This document shows positions 18,694 through 29,786 of a stretch of 64,000 nucleotides of DNA, one piece after another. The notes below the pieces were generated by a model. That model ran no database searches, was not told the DNA's origin, and worked only from the letters and a program-made list of their open reading frames with translations. Origin of the DNA: Trueperaceae bacterium (lineage in GTDB: Bacteria > Deinococcota > Deinococci > Deinococcales > Trueperaceae); NCBI GenBank assembly GCA_965213705.1, contig OZ243913.1, positions 3,584,001-3,648,000 on the forward strand, written 5' to 3'. How positions within the stretch are numbered: the first letter of the stretch is position 1; the number at the start of each line of letters is the position of its first letter. The position numbers were made by a program, and so were the translations under genes.

Positions 18694-19884
18694 TTAACCC
18701 CTTTGCGCTACCCACTCCCGAATCACCCCCGGCGTCACCGGCTCTTGCAACAGCCGACCGAACCAAGTGTCGGCGTCCTCTCGCGAAAGCAGCGGCTCGA
18801 GCAACTCGTACCCCGCCGTGTAGGTGAAAACGTAAGAGCGAAAGGTAGGATTTTTCAAAAACTCCAAACTTTTGCGCGCCTCTTCGGGTTTGCGGAGGGC
18901 GTAGCGTTCGATGTACTCGAGCACCTCCGCCTCACTCCGTTTTTCCTCGTAGAGCAGCAGCGCCGCGTTGCCGCTGACGCCGCGCAGGTCTTTTTTGGCG
19001 CGACCGACCGCCAGCATCCGCCGCACCTCTTCTCCGGCGATGCCGAGGGGCGGCGCGAGGTCGTCGGCCAGCCAGCCGGCCAGTTCGCCTTCGGCCATGA
19101 CGGTCTCGAGCGCCCAGGTCGCAACGCCCTCACTCACCACGCATTCGGGCGCGTTGATGAGGAGGATTGCGTGCTCGAGGTGTCCGGCCTCGTCCAAAAG
19201 ATGCCGCTCTTTGAGCGCGTGTTCGGTGTGGTGGCCCGGATAAACCTCGTGGGCGATGAGGTTGGGTAGGTTTGGGAGATACGTCGGCAGGTCGGTGTTG
19301 ACGTCGACCCTCGAGCGGTAGTCGCCCAAGTACCAGTTGTAGCCACCCCAAGGCTTGTCCGTGACGAGGTGCAGTTCGAAGCTTTCGTCCTCGGGCAAGG
19401 GAAAACGCGCTAGCGTGCGTTTTTTAAGTTCTGCGACGATGAGGCTCGAGACCGCTTCAATCTTGCCTTTCGGCACGACGAGCCCCGCGCGTAAGGTTTG
19501 TTCACGCGCAGCGATGTCGCCCGAGCCTGCCAGCAAATCATCAAGTTTGGCAATCGCCTCTTCGAAAACCGTTTCCGGCACACGCTCGGCGTCCACGTCG
19601 TAAAGCCCACGCACCTCCTCGGTATAGGGAACGTCGCGGCCTTGTAAGAGCGAGATAGAGGTCTGCATCGCCCGCACCTGCGCGCTGAGAAAGGCGCGGC
19701 GGGAGGCGTCCTCGAGCCCCGCCACTCTTTCAGCTAGAATTTCAGCGGACTGCTCGAGGTCTCCCAAAGACCGTTTCTCCGTGCGCTGCCATTCTTCCGG
19801 CCCGAAGTAGCCGTCGATGTAACCGGGCAGGTGCTGCTCTATGCCGAAGGCGAGTTCGACGTAGGTTTGCGCGACGTCGGGCAT
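18694..19884 (-). CDS. Conserved hypothetical protein, DUF885-like putative zinc metallopeptidase
   Basis: AHEVYPGHH and VSEG motifs plus YVFTYTAG. Confidence 0.6.
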   Translation of the reverse strand: MPDVAQTYVELAFGIEQHLPGYIDGYFGPEEWQRTEKRSLGDLEQSAEILAERVAGLEDASRRAFLSAQVRAMQTSISLLQGRDVPYTEEVRGLYDVDAERVPETVFEEAIAKLDDLLAGSGDIAAREQTLRAGLVVPKGKIEAVSSLIVAELKKRTLARFPLPEDESFELHLVTDKPWGGYNWYLGDYRSRVDVNTDLPTYLPNLPNLIAHEVYPGHHTEHALKERHLLDEAGHLEHAILLINAPECVVSEGVATWALETVMAEGELAGWLADDLAPPLGIAGEEVRRMLAVGRAKKDLRGVSGNAALLLYEEKRSEAEVLEYIERYALRKPEEARKSLEFLKNPTFRSYVFTYTAGYELLEPLLSREDADTWFGRLLQEPVTPGVIREWVAQRG

Positions 19885-19885
19885 C

Positions 19886-21097
<1,212 letters not shown>

Positions 21098-21321
21098 TCA
21101 CCTCATAAAGTCGAGTTCTCGAGCCAATATCAGACTCAACTTTAGCAGTTGCCATAGCTTACCGCCCTGAGGACGCAACGCCACCTTCACAAAAGCAGTC
21201 CCAAACTATGAGGTACGCCACAAAACACGCACCTGTAAATCCCGAATGCGCTAGCATATTACCTTGGCGTGAACCATCCCCGTTTGAAAGACGCTTGCGT
21301 GAAAAACAACTGTGTGACACC

Positions 21322-23355
21322 GTGACCAAAACCCGCTTGGCCCGGCGCGGCAAAATTCTGGTCGAGAAGCTGGTGCGCCAGAGCCGCTACCGGGAATCTT
21401 CGGAGACGTTCTCGCTCGTACTCAGCGCGCTTGTCGTCGGGCTGTTGGCCGGGCTCGGCGCGGTCGTGTTCGACCGGGTGGTTCATTACATGGGTCTCGG
21501 CTTCGCGCTGCTCCGCGGCGAGGCGGGCGGCTTTTGGGGTTCGGTCATCGGCGTGCTCATCCCGGTGCTGGGCGGGCTGCTGGTGACGCCGGTGGTGCTG
21601 CGCTGGTCGCCCGACGTGCGCGGCTCGGGCATCCCCGGCGTGATGTTTTCGGTGAGCAACTTAGGCGCGCGTTTGCCCAAGCGAATTATCTTTTGGCGGC
21701 CCATCGCCTCGGGGATTTCGATAGGGACGGGCGCGTCTTTGGGCAGCGAGGGGCCGGTGGTGCAACTCTCGGCGGCGATAGCGTCCAGCCTCGGCGACTT
21801 ACTCAAGCTCGACGACGAGCGGCGGCGCAGTTTGGCGGCGGTCGCCACGGCGGGCGGCATCGCGGCGACCTTCAACGCGCCCATCGCGGGGGTGTTGTTC
21901 GCGCTCGAGGTGGTGCTGGGCAAGTTCACCAACAAGTACTTCACGGCGGTCGTCATCGGCTCGGTCGCGGCCTCGGTGTTGTCGCGGAGCATCCTCGGGC
22001 CGGACCCGGCGTTTGCGGTACCGAACTACGCTCTCGACAGCCCTTTGGAACTGCCGCTTTACTTTTTATTGGGTCTAGCGTCCGCGTTCGTGGCCGTCGG
22101 GCTCATTCGCACCATGATAGGCGTCGAGAACGGGTTCAACCGCTTGGCCGTTTCGCCCTGGCTGCGGCCGGCGCTGGGCGGCCTCGTCATCGGCCTGGTC
22201 GGCCTCTTGTTTCCCAGCGTCCTCGGGCGTGGCTACATGCAAACCGGCGCGATGCTCGGGGGTGACCCGTTCGGGATAGGCTTTTTGCTCGCGTTGACCG
22301 TGGCTAAGATGTTCGCCATGAGCGTGTCGCTCGCCGCCTGGCAGTCGGGCGGGATTTTCGGGCCGATTTTGTTCGTCGGCGCGGCCTTCGGTCTCGCGTT
22401 CGGGCAAGTTGCCGCCGCGCTGTTCCCAGCCTTGAACGTCACGCCGGGCGCGTTCGCGCTGGTCGGCATGGCGGCCGTTTTCGCCGGGGCCGAGCGCGCG
22501 CCCATGAGCACCATCGTCATGGTCTTCGAGATGTCGGGCGACTACCAGCTCATCTTGCCGCTGCTGCTGGCGGCGGTCGTCGCCACGCTCGTCGCCGACG
22601 TGTTTCACCCCGAGTCGATTTACCACGTCATCTTGTCGCGCAAGGGCCAGAGTTTGCTGCGGCTGCGCGAGTCCGACCTGCTCCAGACCGTCACGGTTGC
22701 AGAGGTGATGGACGCGTCGGTGCCCCGCCTTTACGCCGACGATTCGCTGCAGACTTTCGCCGAAACCCTGGCGAGTTCGCACCACCACGGCTTTGTCGTG
22801 GCGAGCCGCGACGAGCCCGAGCACGTTTTAGGCATCGTCACGCTGAGCGACATGGAGCAGGCCCGCCGCGAAGGTAAGCCGTTCGAGACGAGTCTGCGCG
22901 AGGTTTGCCACAAGACGGTTCACTGCGCGCTGCCCTTTGAGCCCATCAGCGACGTGCTCGAGCGCATGGCTCGCTATGAAATCGGCCGGATGCCCGTCGT
23001 CGACCCCAAAGACCGGCGCAGGGCGGTCGGCTTCGTGCGCCAGTCGGACTTGGCGCGCGCTTACTACCGCGCGGTGCAACGCCACCGGCAGGTTGAGGAG
23101 CAAGAAGAAGCGCGCCGTTTGCGCGACCTGACCGGCCAAGAAATCATCGAGGTCAAGGTGCGCCCCGGTTGCCCGCTGGTGGGTAAAACGTTGCGCGAAG
23201 CGAAGTTGCCCCAAGAGAGCATCGTGGTCGCCATCCGGCGCGGCGGCAAGACCGTGTTTCCCCACGGCGACACGACGTTGGAGGCCGGGGACACCGTCGT
23301 CGCCAACATCGCGCCCGGCTTCGGGCCGTCGTTCAGGAGTTTTTTTACGGCTTAG
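21322..23355 (+). CDS. ClC chloride channel/transporter with CBS pair and TrkA-C domain
   Basis: GSGIP, GSEGP, FNAPIAGVLFALE and GGIFGP motifs; CBS repeats; C-terminal LVGKTLRE.KLP..IVVAIRRGG..FPHGDT.LEAGD. Start codon uncertain. Confidence 0.88.
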   Translation: MTKTRLARRGKILVEKLVRQSRYRESSETFSLVLSALVVGLLAGLGAVVFDRVVHYMGLGFALLRGEAGGFWGSVIGVLIPVLGGLLVTPVVLRWSPDVRGSGIPGVMFSVSNLGARLPKRIIFWRPIASGISIGTGASLGSEGPVVQLSAAIASSLGDLLKLDDERRRSLAAVATAGGIAATFNAPIAGVLFALEVVLGKFTNKYFTAVVIGSVAASVLSRSILGPDPAFAVPNYALDSPLELPLYFLLGLASAFVAVGLIRTMIGVENGFNRLAVSPWLRPALGGLVIGLVGLLFPSVLGRGYMQTGAMLGGDPFGIGFLLALTVAKMFAMSVSLAAWQSGGIFGPILFVGAAFGLAFGQVAAALFPALNVTPGAFALVGMAAVFAGAERAPMSTIVMVFEMSGDYQLILPLLLAAVVATLVADVFHPESIYHVILSRKGQSLLRLRESDLLQTVTVAEVMDASVPRLYADDSLQTFAETLASSHHHGFVVASRDEPEHVLGIVTLSDMEQARREGKPFETSLREVCHKTVHCALPFEPISDVLERMARYEIGRMPVVDPKDRRRAVGFVRQSDLARAYYRAVQRHRQVEEQEEARRLRDLTGQEIIEVKVRPGCPLVGKTLREAKLPQESIVVAIRRGGKTVFPHGDTTLEAGDTVVANIAPGFGPSFRSFFTA

Positions 23356-23445
23356 GCTCGAGAAAAGTTCCCGACCGCCGCTGCAGGCTTGAAATCTCGA
23401 GGTCGCACCGCCCTTTACGCGCTCAGCGGGCTTGTGCTAGAGTAA

Positions 23446-23523
23446 CGTTTGGTCTCGCGCTGGGCGTCCCCGACCCCGTCCACGTGCGCTCTCAACACTC
23501 GCAAGTGAATCCGGAACCAAACG
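23446..23523 (+). promoter_or_regulatory. Putative structured leader of rplM-rpsI (L13-leader-like)
   Basis: CGTTTGGT pairs with ACCAAACG, enclosing a CCCCGACCCCG segment, just upstream of the rplM start. Confidence 0.4.
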
Positions 23524-23533
23524 CAAAAAGGAC

Positions 23534-23968
23534 GTGACGAAGGTGAAAACCCATTTTCCCAAAGAAACGCAAAACGACTGGCTTGTCGTCGACGCGACCG
23601 GTCAAACGGTCGGCCGACTCGCTACCCAAATCGCCCACGTGCTCCGCGGCAAACACAAGCCCAACTTCACCCCCAACCAGGCCGGCGGCGACTTCGTCGT
23701 CGTGGTGAACGCCGACAAAGTTGTCTTTACCGGCAGCAAGATGGAGAACAAAACCTACACGCGCTACACGGGTTACCAGGGTGGTTTGAAAATCACCACT
23801 GCCGAAGAAATGCTCGCCAAGCACCCCGAACGCATCGTCGAGCACGCCGTGTGGGGCATGTTGCCCAAGGGCACCCTGGGCCGCAAGATGTACACGCGCC
23901 TGAAAGTCTACCCGGGCGCGACGCACCCACACGCCGCGCAACAACCCAAAGAGATGGAGCTACGCTGA
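23534..23968 (+). CDS. rplM: 50S ribosomal protein L13
   Basis: WLVVDA...[23 protein letters not shown]. Confidence 0.98.
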   Translation: MTKVKTHFPKETQNDWLVVDATGQTVGRLATQIAHVLRGKHKPNFTPNQAGGDFVVVVNADKVVFTGSKMENKTYTRYTGYQGGLKITTAEEMLAKHPERIVEHAVWGMLPKGTLGRKMYTRLKVYPGATHPHAAQQPKEMELR

Positions 23969-24354
23969 TGGAAGAGTATTACGGCACCGGCCGCCGCAAA
24001 GCCTCGGTCGCCCGCGTGTTTTTGCGCCCCGGCCAGGGCCGCATCGTTGTCAACGGCAAAGATTTCCAGACCTACTTCCGCGGGATTTTCAAGGGCGTTC
24101 AAGCCTTGGAACCCCTCAAAGTGACCGGCACCGCCGGACGCTACGACGCGCTTATCACCGTGCAGGGCGGCGGCCCCACGGGCCAAGCGGACGCGATTAA
24201 ACTCGGCGTCGCCCGCGCGCTCCTCAAGGTCGACCCGAACTTTCGCCCCGCCCTCAAAGACGCGGGCCACCTGACCCGCGACGCCCGCGTGGTCGAGCGC
24301 AAAAAGTACGGTCTGCGCAAGGCCCGCCGCGCGCCGCAGTACAGCAAGCGCTAA
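23968..24354 (+). CDS. rpsI: 30S ribosomal protein S9
   Basis: YYGTGRRK...GGG.TGQA.AI...[24 protein letters not shown] coupling with rplM. Confidence 0.98.
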   Translation: MEEYYGTGRRKASVARVFLRPGQGRIVVNGKDFQTYFRGIFKGVQALEPLKVTGTAGRYDALITVQGGGPTGQADAIKLGVARALLKVDPNFRPALKDAGHLTRDARVVERKKYGLRKARRAPQYSKR

Positions 24355-24369
24355 GCTCGTTTTCAAACC

Positions 24370-24402
24370 AAAAGGCGGAGGTGTTCGACACTTCCGTCTT
24401 TT
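24370..24402 (+). terminator. Rho-independent terminator after rpsI
   Basis: AAAAGGCGGAGGTGT-TCG-ACACTTCCGTCTTTT hairpin. Confidence 0.75.
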
Positions 24403-24469
24403 GTTGGCTCGAGGTTGCCTCAAGCGCTTTTCACACCCTCTCGAACCCACCTGAGATAAGCTCTCCCCT

Positions 24470-25270
24470 ATGTCCATCTTTCAAGCCACCGTCCTCGGCA
24501 TCGTCCAGGGGCTCACCGAGTTTTTGCCGGTCTCGAGTTCGGGTCATCTCGTCCTAGCCAACTACTACTTCGGCTGGGGCGAACGTCTCCCCTTTTACGT
24601 CGACCTAGCGACGAACGCCGGGACCTTTTTGGCCGTCATCCTGGCGCTTTACAAAGACGTGTGGGCGGCGCTGTCGGGCTTTTTTCGCGGCCTCGTGTCA
24701 CGAGAGGCGCGGCGGGAGGACGGCTGGCGCATGGCGCTCCTCGTTATTGCCGGCTCGGTGCCGACGGCCGTTATCGGTTTGGGGCTGAAACCCTATTTCG
24801 AGGCGCTCAACCAGCCGCTTTACGTTTCGTTCGCTTTGATAGTCACCGGCGCTATTTTGTGGTTTACACCCCGCTCCGGCCCGAAAGACGAGGTCGCCGA
24901 ACTGACCTTTGTAGACGCCGTCGTCGGCGGGTTGGCGCAGGGTTTGGCGGTCGTGCCCGGCATCTCCCGCTCAGGCACGACGATTTCGACGATGATGTGG
25001 CGCGGCGCGACCGCGGCAGCGGCGGCCCGGTTCTCGTTTTTGATGTACCTCGTCGCCTCGCTCGGCGCGACGCTCATCGGGGTGGGCGAGGTGCGTGAGG
25101 CGGCCGTCGAGACGGGTCCGCTCGTCGCCATGATTGCCGCCTCATTCGTGACGGGCTACGCGGCGATTTTGGGCTTGTTCGCCATTCTGCGGCGCGGCCG
25201 GTTCAGGCTGTTCGCCCCCTATTTGTGGGCCGTCGCCGCGCTGACCTTGCTCACGCTCTGGCTGCGCTGA
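24470..25270 (+). CDS. uppP: Undecaprenyl-diphosphate phosphatase
   Basis: GIVQGLTEFLPVSSSGH and PGISRSGTT motifs. Confidence 0.95.
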   Translation: MSIFQATVLGIVQGLTEFLPVSSSGHLVLANYYFGWGERLPFYVDLATNAGTFLAVILALYKDVWAALSGFFRGLVSREARREDGWRMALLVIAGSVPTAVIGLGLKPYFEALNQPLYVSFALIVTGAILWFTPRSGPKDEVAELTFVDAVVGGLAQGLAVVPGISRSGTTISTMMWRGATAAAAARFSFLMYLVASLGATLIGVGEVREAAVETGPLVAMIAASFVTGYAAILGLFAILRRGRFRLFAPYLWAVAALTLLTLWLR

Positions 25271-25306
25271 GTCAGTTGCTCGGGCTGACTCTGGAGCCTG
25301 ATTTTC

Positions 25307-25384
25307 TGCCATGCTGAACAAAGCGGAGCGTAATGAAGAAGATGTTTAGGTTCACGCCTCGAGAGATTCTTCGCGTTCCTGAAC
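25307..25384. repeat. Degenerate palindromic repeat element
   Basis: TGCCATGCTGAACAAAGCGGAGCGTAATGAAG...GAGATTCTTCGCGTTCCTGA resembles the GTCATGCTGAGCG..GAAGCATCT/AGATTCTTCG repeat class, but is degraded. Confidence 0.4.
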
Positions 25385-25515
25385 AACCGTACAAACCCCT
25401 CGCTCCAAGCTGCCGGCGTAACTTAAAACCTTAACCAAACTCCCACCCCGACCGGGGCAACAGTTCGGGGGTGGGGTTCTGAGCTACACTGTGTGGGATT
25501 TTGGGAGGAAGCCCC

Positions 25516-27081
25516 ATGCCTACAAACACCACGAAAAACACACCAAAACCTGACAAAAGACGCGTCGTGACCCGCATTGCCCCCTCGCCGACCGGCGACC
25601 CGCACGTGGGCACGGCCTACATGAGCTTGTTCGACTACGTTTACGCCAAGCAGCAGGGCGGCACCTTTATTTTGCGCGTCGAAGACACCGACCAAAAACG
25701 CTACAACGAAACGTCCGAAGCTCGAGTTCTGGAGGCTCTCGAGTGGCTCGGCCTGGGTCCCGACGAAAGCCCCAGCAAGGGCGGCCCCCACGCCCCCTAC
25801 CGCCAGACCGAGCGCAAAGAGCTGTACCAAAAATATGCCGACGAACTTCTTGCCGCCGGGCACGCCTACCGCGCGTTTGAAACACAAGAAGAGCTGGACG
25901 CCATCCGCCAGGACCTGCAGCGCCGCGGCCTGAGCCACGGCTATGACGGGCGGGGCCGTTCGGTGAGCGAAGAAGAGTCCGAGCGCCGCGCCGCCGCGGG
26001 TGAAGACTTCGTCGTCCGCCTCGTCACGCCGGACGAGGGCGAAACGGTCGTCAACGACGCCCTGCGCGGTACGGTGCGCATCCCCAACCGCGAAGTCATG
26101 GACGCTGTTCTTTTAAAAAGCGACGGACTGCCGACCTATCACCTGGCCGTCGTGGTCGACGACCACCTCATGGGGGTGACCCACGCGGTCCGCGGCGAAG
26201 AGTGGCTGCCGAGCGCGCCGATTCACGTGCTGCTTTACAAAGCTTTCGGCTGGCAAGAGCCCGTTTGGATTCACATGCCGCTGCTCCGCAACGCCGAGGG
26301 CAAAAAGCTCAGCAAGCGTAAAGACGACGTCAGCCTGGACTCGTACCGCCTTCAAGGCGTCGTGCCCGAGGCGCTGCTCAACTACCTCGGCACGATGGGC
26401 TGGAGTATGCCCGACGGACGCGAGTTTTTCAGTGTACAGGACATGATTGAACACTTCTCGTTCGACCGCGTCTCGGCGGGCGCGCCCGTGTTCGACCTGA
26501 AGCGCCTGCGGTTTTACAACGCCAAATACCTGCGCGAGGTGATGCCCCTCGAGACCGTCGCCGAACGCGCCGCGCCGTTCCTAAAGGCGGCGGGCTACAG
26601 CTGGGACGACGAAGACTACCTCCTCGACGTTTTAGAAGTCATGCTCCCCCGGGTCGAAACGTTGCAGGAGTTGGTCGAGCAGGGCGACTATTTTTTCAAA
26701 GACGACTTCACTTACACCGAGGACGCCAAGCGGCGGCTCGAGGCCGGGCAGAAATATTTGGAGAGCTTGGAGCGCGAGCTGTCCCTGCTCGACTTTTTCG
26801 ACCACGACGACGTTGAGGACGCGGTGCGCGACTACGTCCAGTCGCAGTCGGTGAAGATGGGCGAGGTCATGCAACCTTTGCGCGCCGCACTCACCGGAAC
26901 CGTCCAAGCGCCCGGCGTCATCGAACTCTGCACTATTTTGGGCAAGCGCAAGGTGTTAGAGCGCATCGGGCGGGCCATCGATTTTTTGGAGGCGGGTCTG
27001 CCGGACGATAAACCGCAAAAACCGGCTGAGGCTAAAAAAGAGGGCGCTAAAAAAGAAGAAGCCAAGAAAGCGGCCGCTTAA
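25516..27081 (+). CDS. gltX: Glutamate--tRNA ligase
   Basis: TRIAPSPTGDPHVG, RVEDTD, PYRQTER, VRGEEWL and KLSKR motifs; GGAGG RBS; Lys/Ala/Glu-rich tail. Confidence 0.97.
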   Translation: MPTNTTKNTPKPDKRRVVTRIAPSPTGDPHVGTAYMSLFDYVYAKQQGGTFILRVEDTDQKRYNETSEARVLEALEWLGLGPDESPSKGGPHAPYRQTERKELYQKYADELLAAGHAYRAFETQEELDAIRQDLQRRGLSHGYDGRGRSVSEEESERRAAAGEDFVVRLVTPDEGETVVNDALRGTVRIPNREVMDAVLLKSDGLPTYHLAVVVDDHLMGVTHAVRGEEWLPSAPIHVLLYKAFGWQEPVWIHMPLLRNAEGKKLSKRKDDVSLDSYRLQGVVPEALLNYLGTMGWSMPDGREFFSVQDMIEHFSFDRVSAGAPVFDLKRLRFYNAKYLREVMPLETVAERAAPFLKAAGYSWDDEDYLLDVLEVMLPRVETLQELVEQGDYFFKDDFTYTEDAKRRLEAGQKYLESLERELSLLDFFDHDDVEDAVRDYVQSQSVKMGEVMQPLRAALTGTVQAPGVIELCTILGKRKVLERIGRAIDFLEAGLPDDKPQKPAEAKKEGAKKEEAKKAAA

Positions 27082-28023
27082 GTGGCCTGGTTCGACCGCC
27101 TACGCCAAGGGTTGGGCAAGACCCGCGACATGCTCACCACCGACGTCCGCGACTTGGGCAGAACCTGGGAGATGGACTGGGACGACCTCGAATTCGCCCT
27201 CATCGGGGCGGACGTGGGCGCGAGAATCGCCGCCGAGGTCGTCGAGGAGACGAAAAAGGGGCGCGAACGCGGCTCCACCTTCAAAGAATCTTTGGAAGTC
27301 GCCATGATGCGGCAGCTCGAGCCCGACCGCACCCGGCAGATTTTACGCAACGTCGGTTTCAAGCTCGACGTGGGCCGCAACGAGGTGCCGGTCAAAGGCC
27401 ACGTGGTGATGGTCGTCGGCGTGAACGGCGTGGGCAAAACGACCACCATCGCCAAGCTCGGGGCGTACTACAAGGGTCACGGCAAACGGGTGATGTACGC
27501 AGCCGGCGACACCTTCCGCGCGGCGGCGACGGCGCAGTTGGAAGTCTGGGGCGACCGCCTCAACATCCCCACCGTCACCGGGCCGGACGGCTCCGACCCC
27601 GGCGCGGTCGCCTTCGACGCGGCGCAAGCTAGACGCGCGCGCGGCTACGACCTGTTGTTCGTCGACACCGCCGGGCGACTCCACACGAAGCACAACCTCA
27701 TGCAAGAACTCAAAAAAGTCAAGCGGGTGATTGCCAAAGCCGACCCCGGCGAACCGCAGGAAACCTGGCTCGTCTTAGACGCGGTGACCGGGCAGAACGG
27801 GCTCGAGCAAGCGCGCAAATTCAACGAGGCCGTCGAACTCACCGGCGTCATCGTCACCAAGTTGGACGGCACCGCCAAGGGCGGAATTCTGCTGCCGATT
27901 GCGCGCGAACTCAATCTGCCGATTAAGTTCATCGGCGTGGGCGAGGCGGCGGAGGACTTGCAGCCCTACGACGCGGCGGCGTTTGTGAAGGCGCTGCTGG
28001 ACATACCTGCTAAAGCCGCGTAA
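27082..28023 (+). CDS. ftsY: Signal recognition particle receptor FtsY
   Basis: GVNGVGKTTTIAKL, DTFRAAA, DTAGR and TKLDGTAKGG motifs. Confidence 0.97.
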   Translation: MAWFDRLRQGLGKTRDMLTTDVRDLGRTWEMDWDDLEFALIGADVGARIAAEVVEETKKGRERGSTFKESLEVAMMRQLEPDRTRQILRNVGFKLDVGRNEVPVKGHVVMVVGVNGVGKTTTIAKLGAYYKGHGKRVMYAAGDTFRAAATAQLEVWGDRLNIPTVTGPDGSDPGAVAFDAAQARRARGYDLLFVDTAGRLHTKHNLMQELKKVKRVIAKADPGEPQETWLVLDAVTGQNGLEQARKFNEAVELTGVIVTKLDGTAKGGILLPIARELNLPIKFIGVGEAAEDLQPYDAAAFVKALLDIPAKAA

Positions 28024-28034
28024 AGGAGCGCTAA

Positions 28035-28319
28035 ATGACTTTGGAACTCAAATTGCCAACGATTCTCGAGAAAAATCTGTTACAAGAAGCGGAGCGTCAG
28101 GGCGTCTCCGCCCACGACTACACCCTGAAAGTGCTCGAAGAGCACCTGGCAGTCATCAGAAAAGGCAAGGAACTCGCTCAGCTCCTCCAGTCCTGGTTAG
28201 ACGAAGACAACGCTGAAGAACAAAAAGAAACAGGAGACGACCTCATTCGCGCTCTGGACGAAAATCGCTTGTCAGACCGAGAACTGTTCCCGCCCGGACT
28301 TCGCGGTGTGACCTGGTGA
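28035..28319 (+). CDS. Putative antitoxin, partner of the downstream PIN gene
   Basis: 94 aa with RHH-like N-terminus, GTGA overlap with the PIN gene, C-terminal ALDENRLSDRELFP. Confidence 0.65.
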   Translation: MTLELKLPTILEKNLLQEAERQGVSAHDYTLKVLEEHLAVIRKGKELAQLLQSWLDEDNAEEQKETGDDLIRALDENRLSDRELFPPGLRGVTW

Positions 28320-28774
28320 GCCTCGTCGTGCTGCTGGACGCCGGTCCTTTGGGTTTAGTTACAAATCCAAAACGCTCGCAGTAAAGTACCGCTTGTGCTC
28401 AGTGGCTACAGGCTCTCGTGCTGGGCGGCACACAAGTGTTTCTTCCTGAAATTGCCGACTATGAAGTGCGACGCGAACTTTTACGCGCGAATAAGCGGCA
28501 GGGGCTTGCACGTCTGGACGCGCTCGGTAACTCGGTAATCTACTTACCTTTGACAACAGTCGCCATGCGTCAAGCCGCGTTGTTTTGGGCTCGGGCTAGG
28601 CAGCAAGGACAGCCTACTGCAAGCGACAAAGCACTCGACGGAGATGTCATATTAGCGGCGCAGGCGCTAACCCTTGAGCAGCCCGACGTTGTTATCGCAA
28701 CGACAAACGTAGGACATCTATCTCGTTTCGCTCCCGCAGCTTTGTGGCGAGACATCGCAAACGAGACGCCGTGA
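28316..28774 (+). pseudogene. PIN-domain (VapC-like) toxin with a premature stop
   Basis: From GTG 28316: MSLVVLLDAGPLGLVTNPKRSQ*STACAQWLQ...EIADYEVRRELLR...DGDVILAAQA...ATTNVGHL. In-frame TAA at 28382-28384. Confidence 0.8.
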
Positions 28775-28826
28775 TGCAAATTCACAAAGCTACTTTTGAT
28801 GTCAGTGAAGGTATTAGCCCCTCAAC

Positions 28827-29741
28827 ATGAAGCTCGAGCCCTATCAAAACACGGACTTTACAACCTTTGTCGAGTTGCTGAACGCCCTTGCCGCCGAACT
28901 TGGCGGGCAAGCCACCGACGAAGCGGCGCAGCTCGAGTACGAGGGCTGGTTGAACCGCGACCTGAGTCAAAGCCGAGTCGTCGTGCGCGACCCCGCGAAT
29001 CCCACGGTACTTCTGGCTTACGCCGACCTGTTTATAACCAAAAAGGCTGAGGCCAACCTCGCTTTCGGCGTTCACCCCGACAGGCGGGACGGCAGCCTCG
29101 AGCCCAAGCTGCTCGAGTGGCTAACCTCCCGCTCCCGTGCTTTGAACGCGATTGCCCAAAACGTTCTTACGCCTGCCTCGGACGAGCGCACGGTTGCGTT
29201 TTTAGAGAAGAACGGCTTTGCGGTAGCAGGCGCGTACCGAAAAATGACGTTTTCACCCCTGACCTCGGAAGCTCTGGCTAAAGCGCCTCCGCTACCTGCG
29301 GGTTACACGTTGAAAAGCTACGGCGACGCTGGGGACGACCAGCTTTTCATCACAGCCATGAATAAGAGTTTCAGCGACCTGTGGGGTCACGGCGTGGCGA
29401 CGGAGGCTGTGTGGCAGCAGATTCTCGAGCTTTCCGACATTGAACATTTCTTTGTCTTGCTGGCTGAAGATGAGGCGGTTGGTTTTTTGAGCATCAGCGT
29501 AACCGACGATGACGCGGTGGCGGGCCGACTGGATTCACCCGGCCTCGCTCCTGAACACCGCAGCCCGGACCTTTACCGGACGCTCGCGCTCGAGGGGCTG
29601 CAGCGCCTGGCAGCTAAGGGCGTCAAACGGGTGACGCTGGAATGCTGGGGAGAGTCGAGAGAGACAGTTGAGGCGTACGGAGCGTTGGGCTTTGCGTCGG
29701 TAGCGGTAGAACTCGGTTACCGGCGCAGGTTGGATGAGTAA
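28827..29741 (+). CDS. Tandem GNAT acetyltransferase
   Basis: Two GNAT-like halves (GVHPDRR...FLEKNGF; GLAPEHR...YGALGF). Confidence 0.75.
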   Translation: MKLEPYQNTDFTTFVELLNALAAELGGQATDEAAQLEYEGWLNRDLSQSRVVVRDPANPTVLLAYADLFITKKAEANLAFGVHPDRRDGSLEPKLLEWLTSRSRALNAIAQNVLTPASDERTVAFLEKNGFAVAGAYRKMTFSPLTSEALAKAPPLPAGYTLKSYGDAGDDQLFITAMNKSFSDLWGHGVATEAVWQQILELSDIEHFFVLLAEDEAVGFLSISVTDDDAVAGRLDSPGLAPEHRSPDLYRTLALEGLQRLAAKGVKRVTLECWGESRETVEAYGALGFASVAVELGYRRRLDE

Positions 29742-29786
29742 CGCGGCTCTAAAACTCTGCAGGGTCAGGCCGTCGGCTCAGCTGGA

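Noticed and set aside
25438..25478. Hairpin upstream of gltX (ACTCCCACCCCGA...TCGGGGGTGGGGTT) as a riboswitch
   Set aside because: A single stem with no recognisable aptamer consensus; more simply a terminator or stabiliser hairpin.
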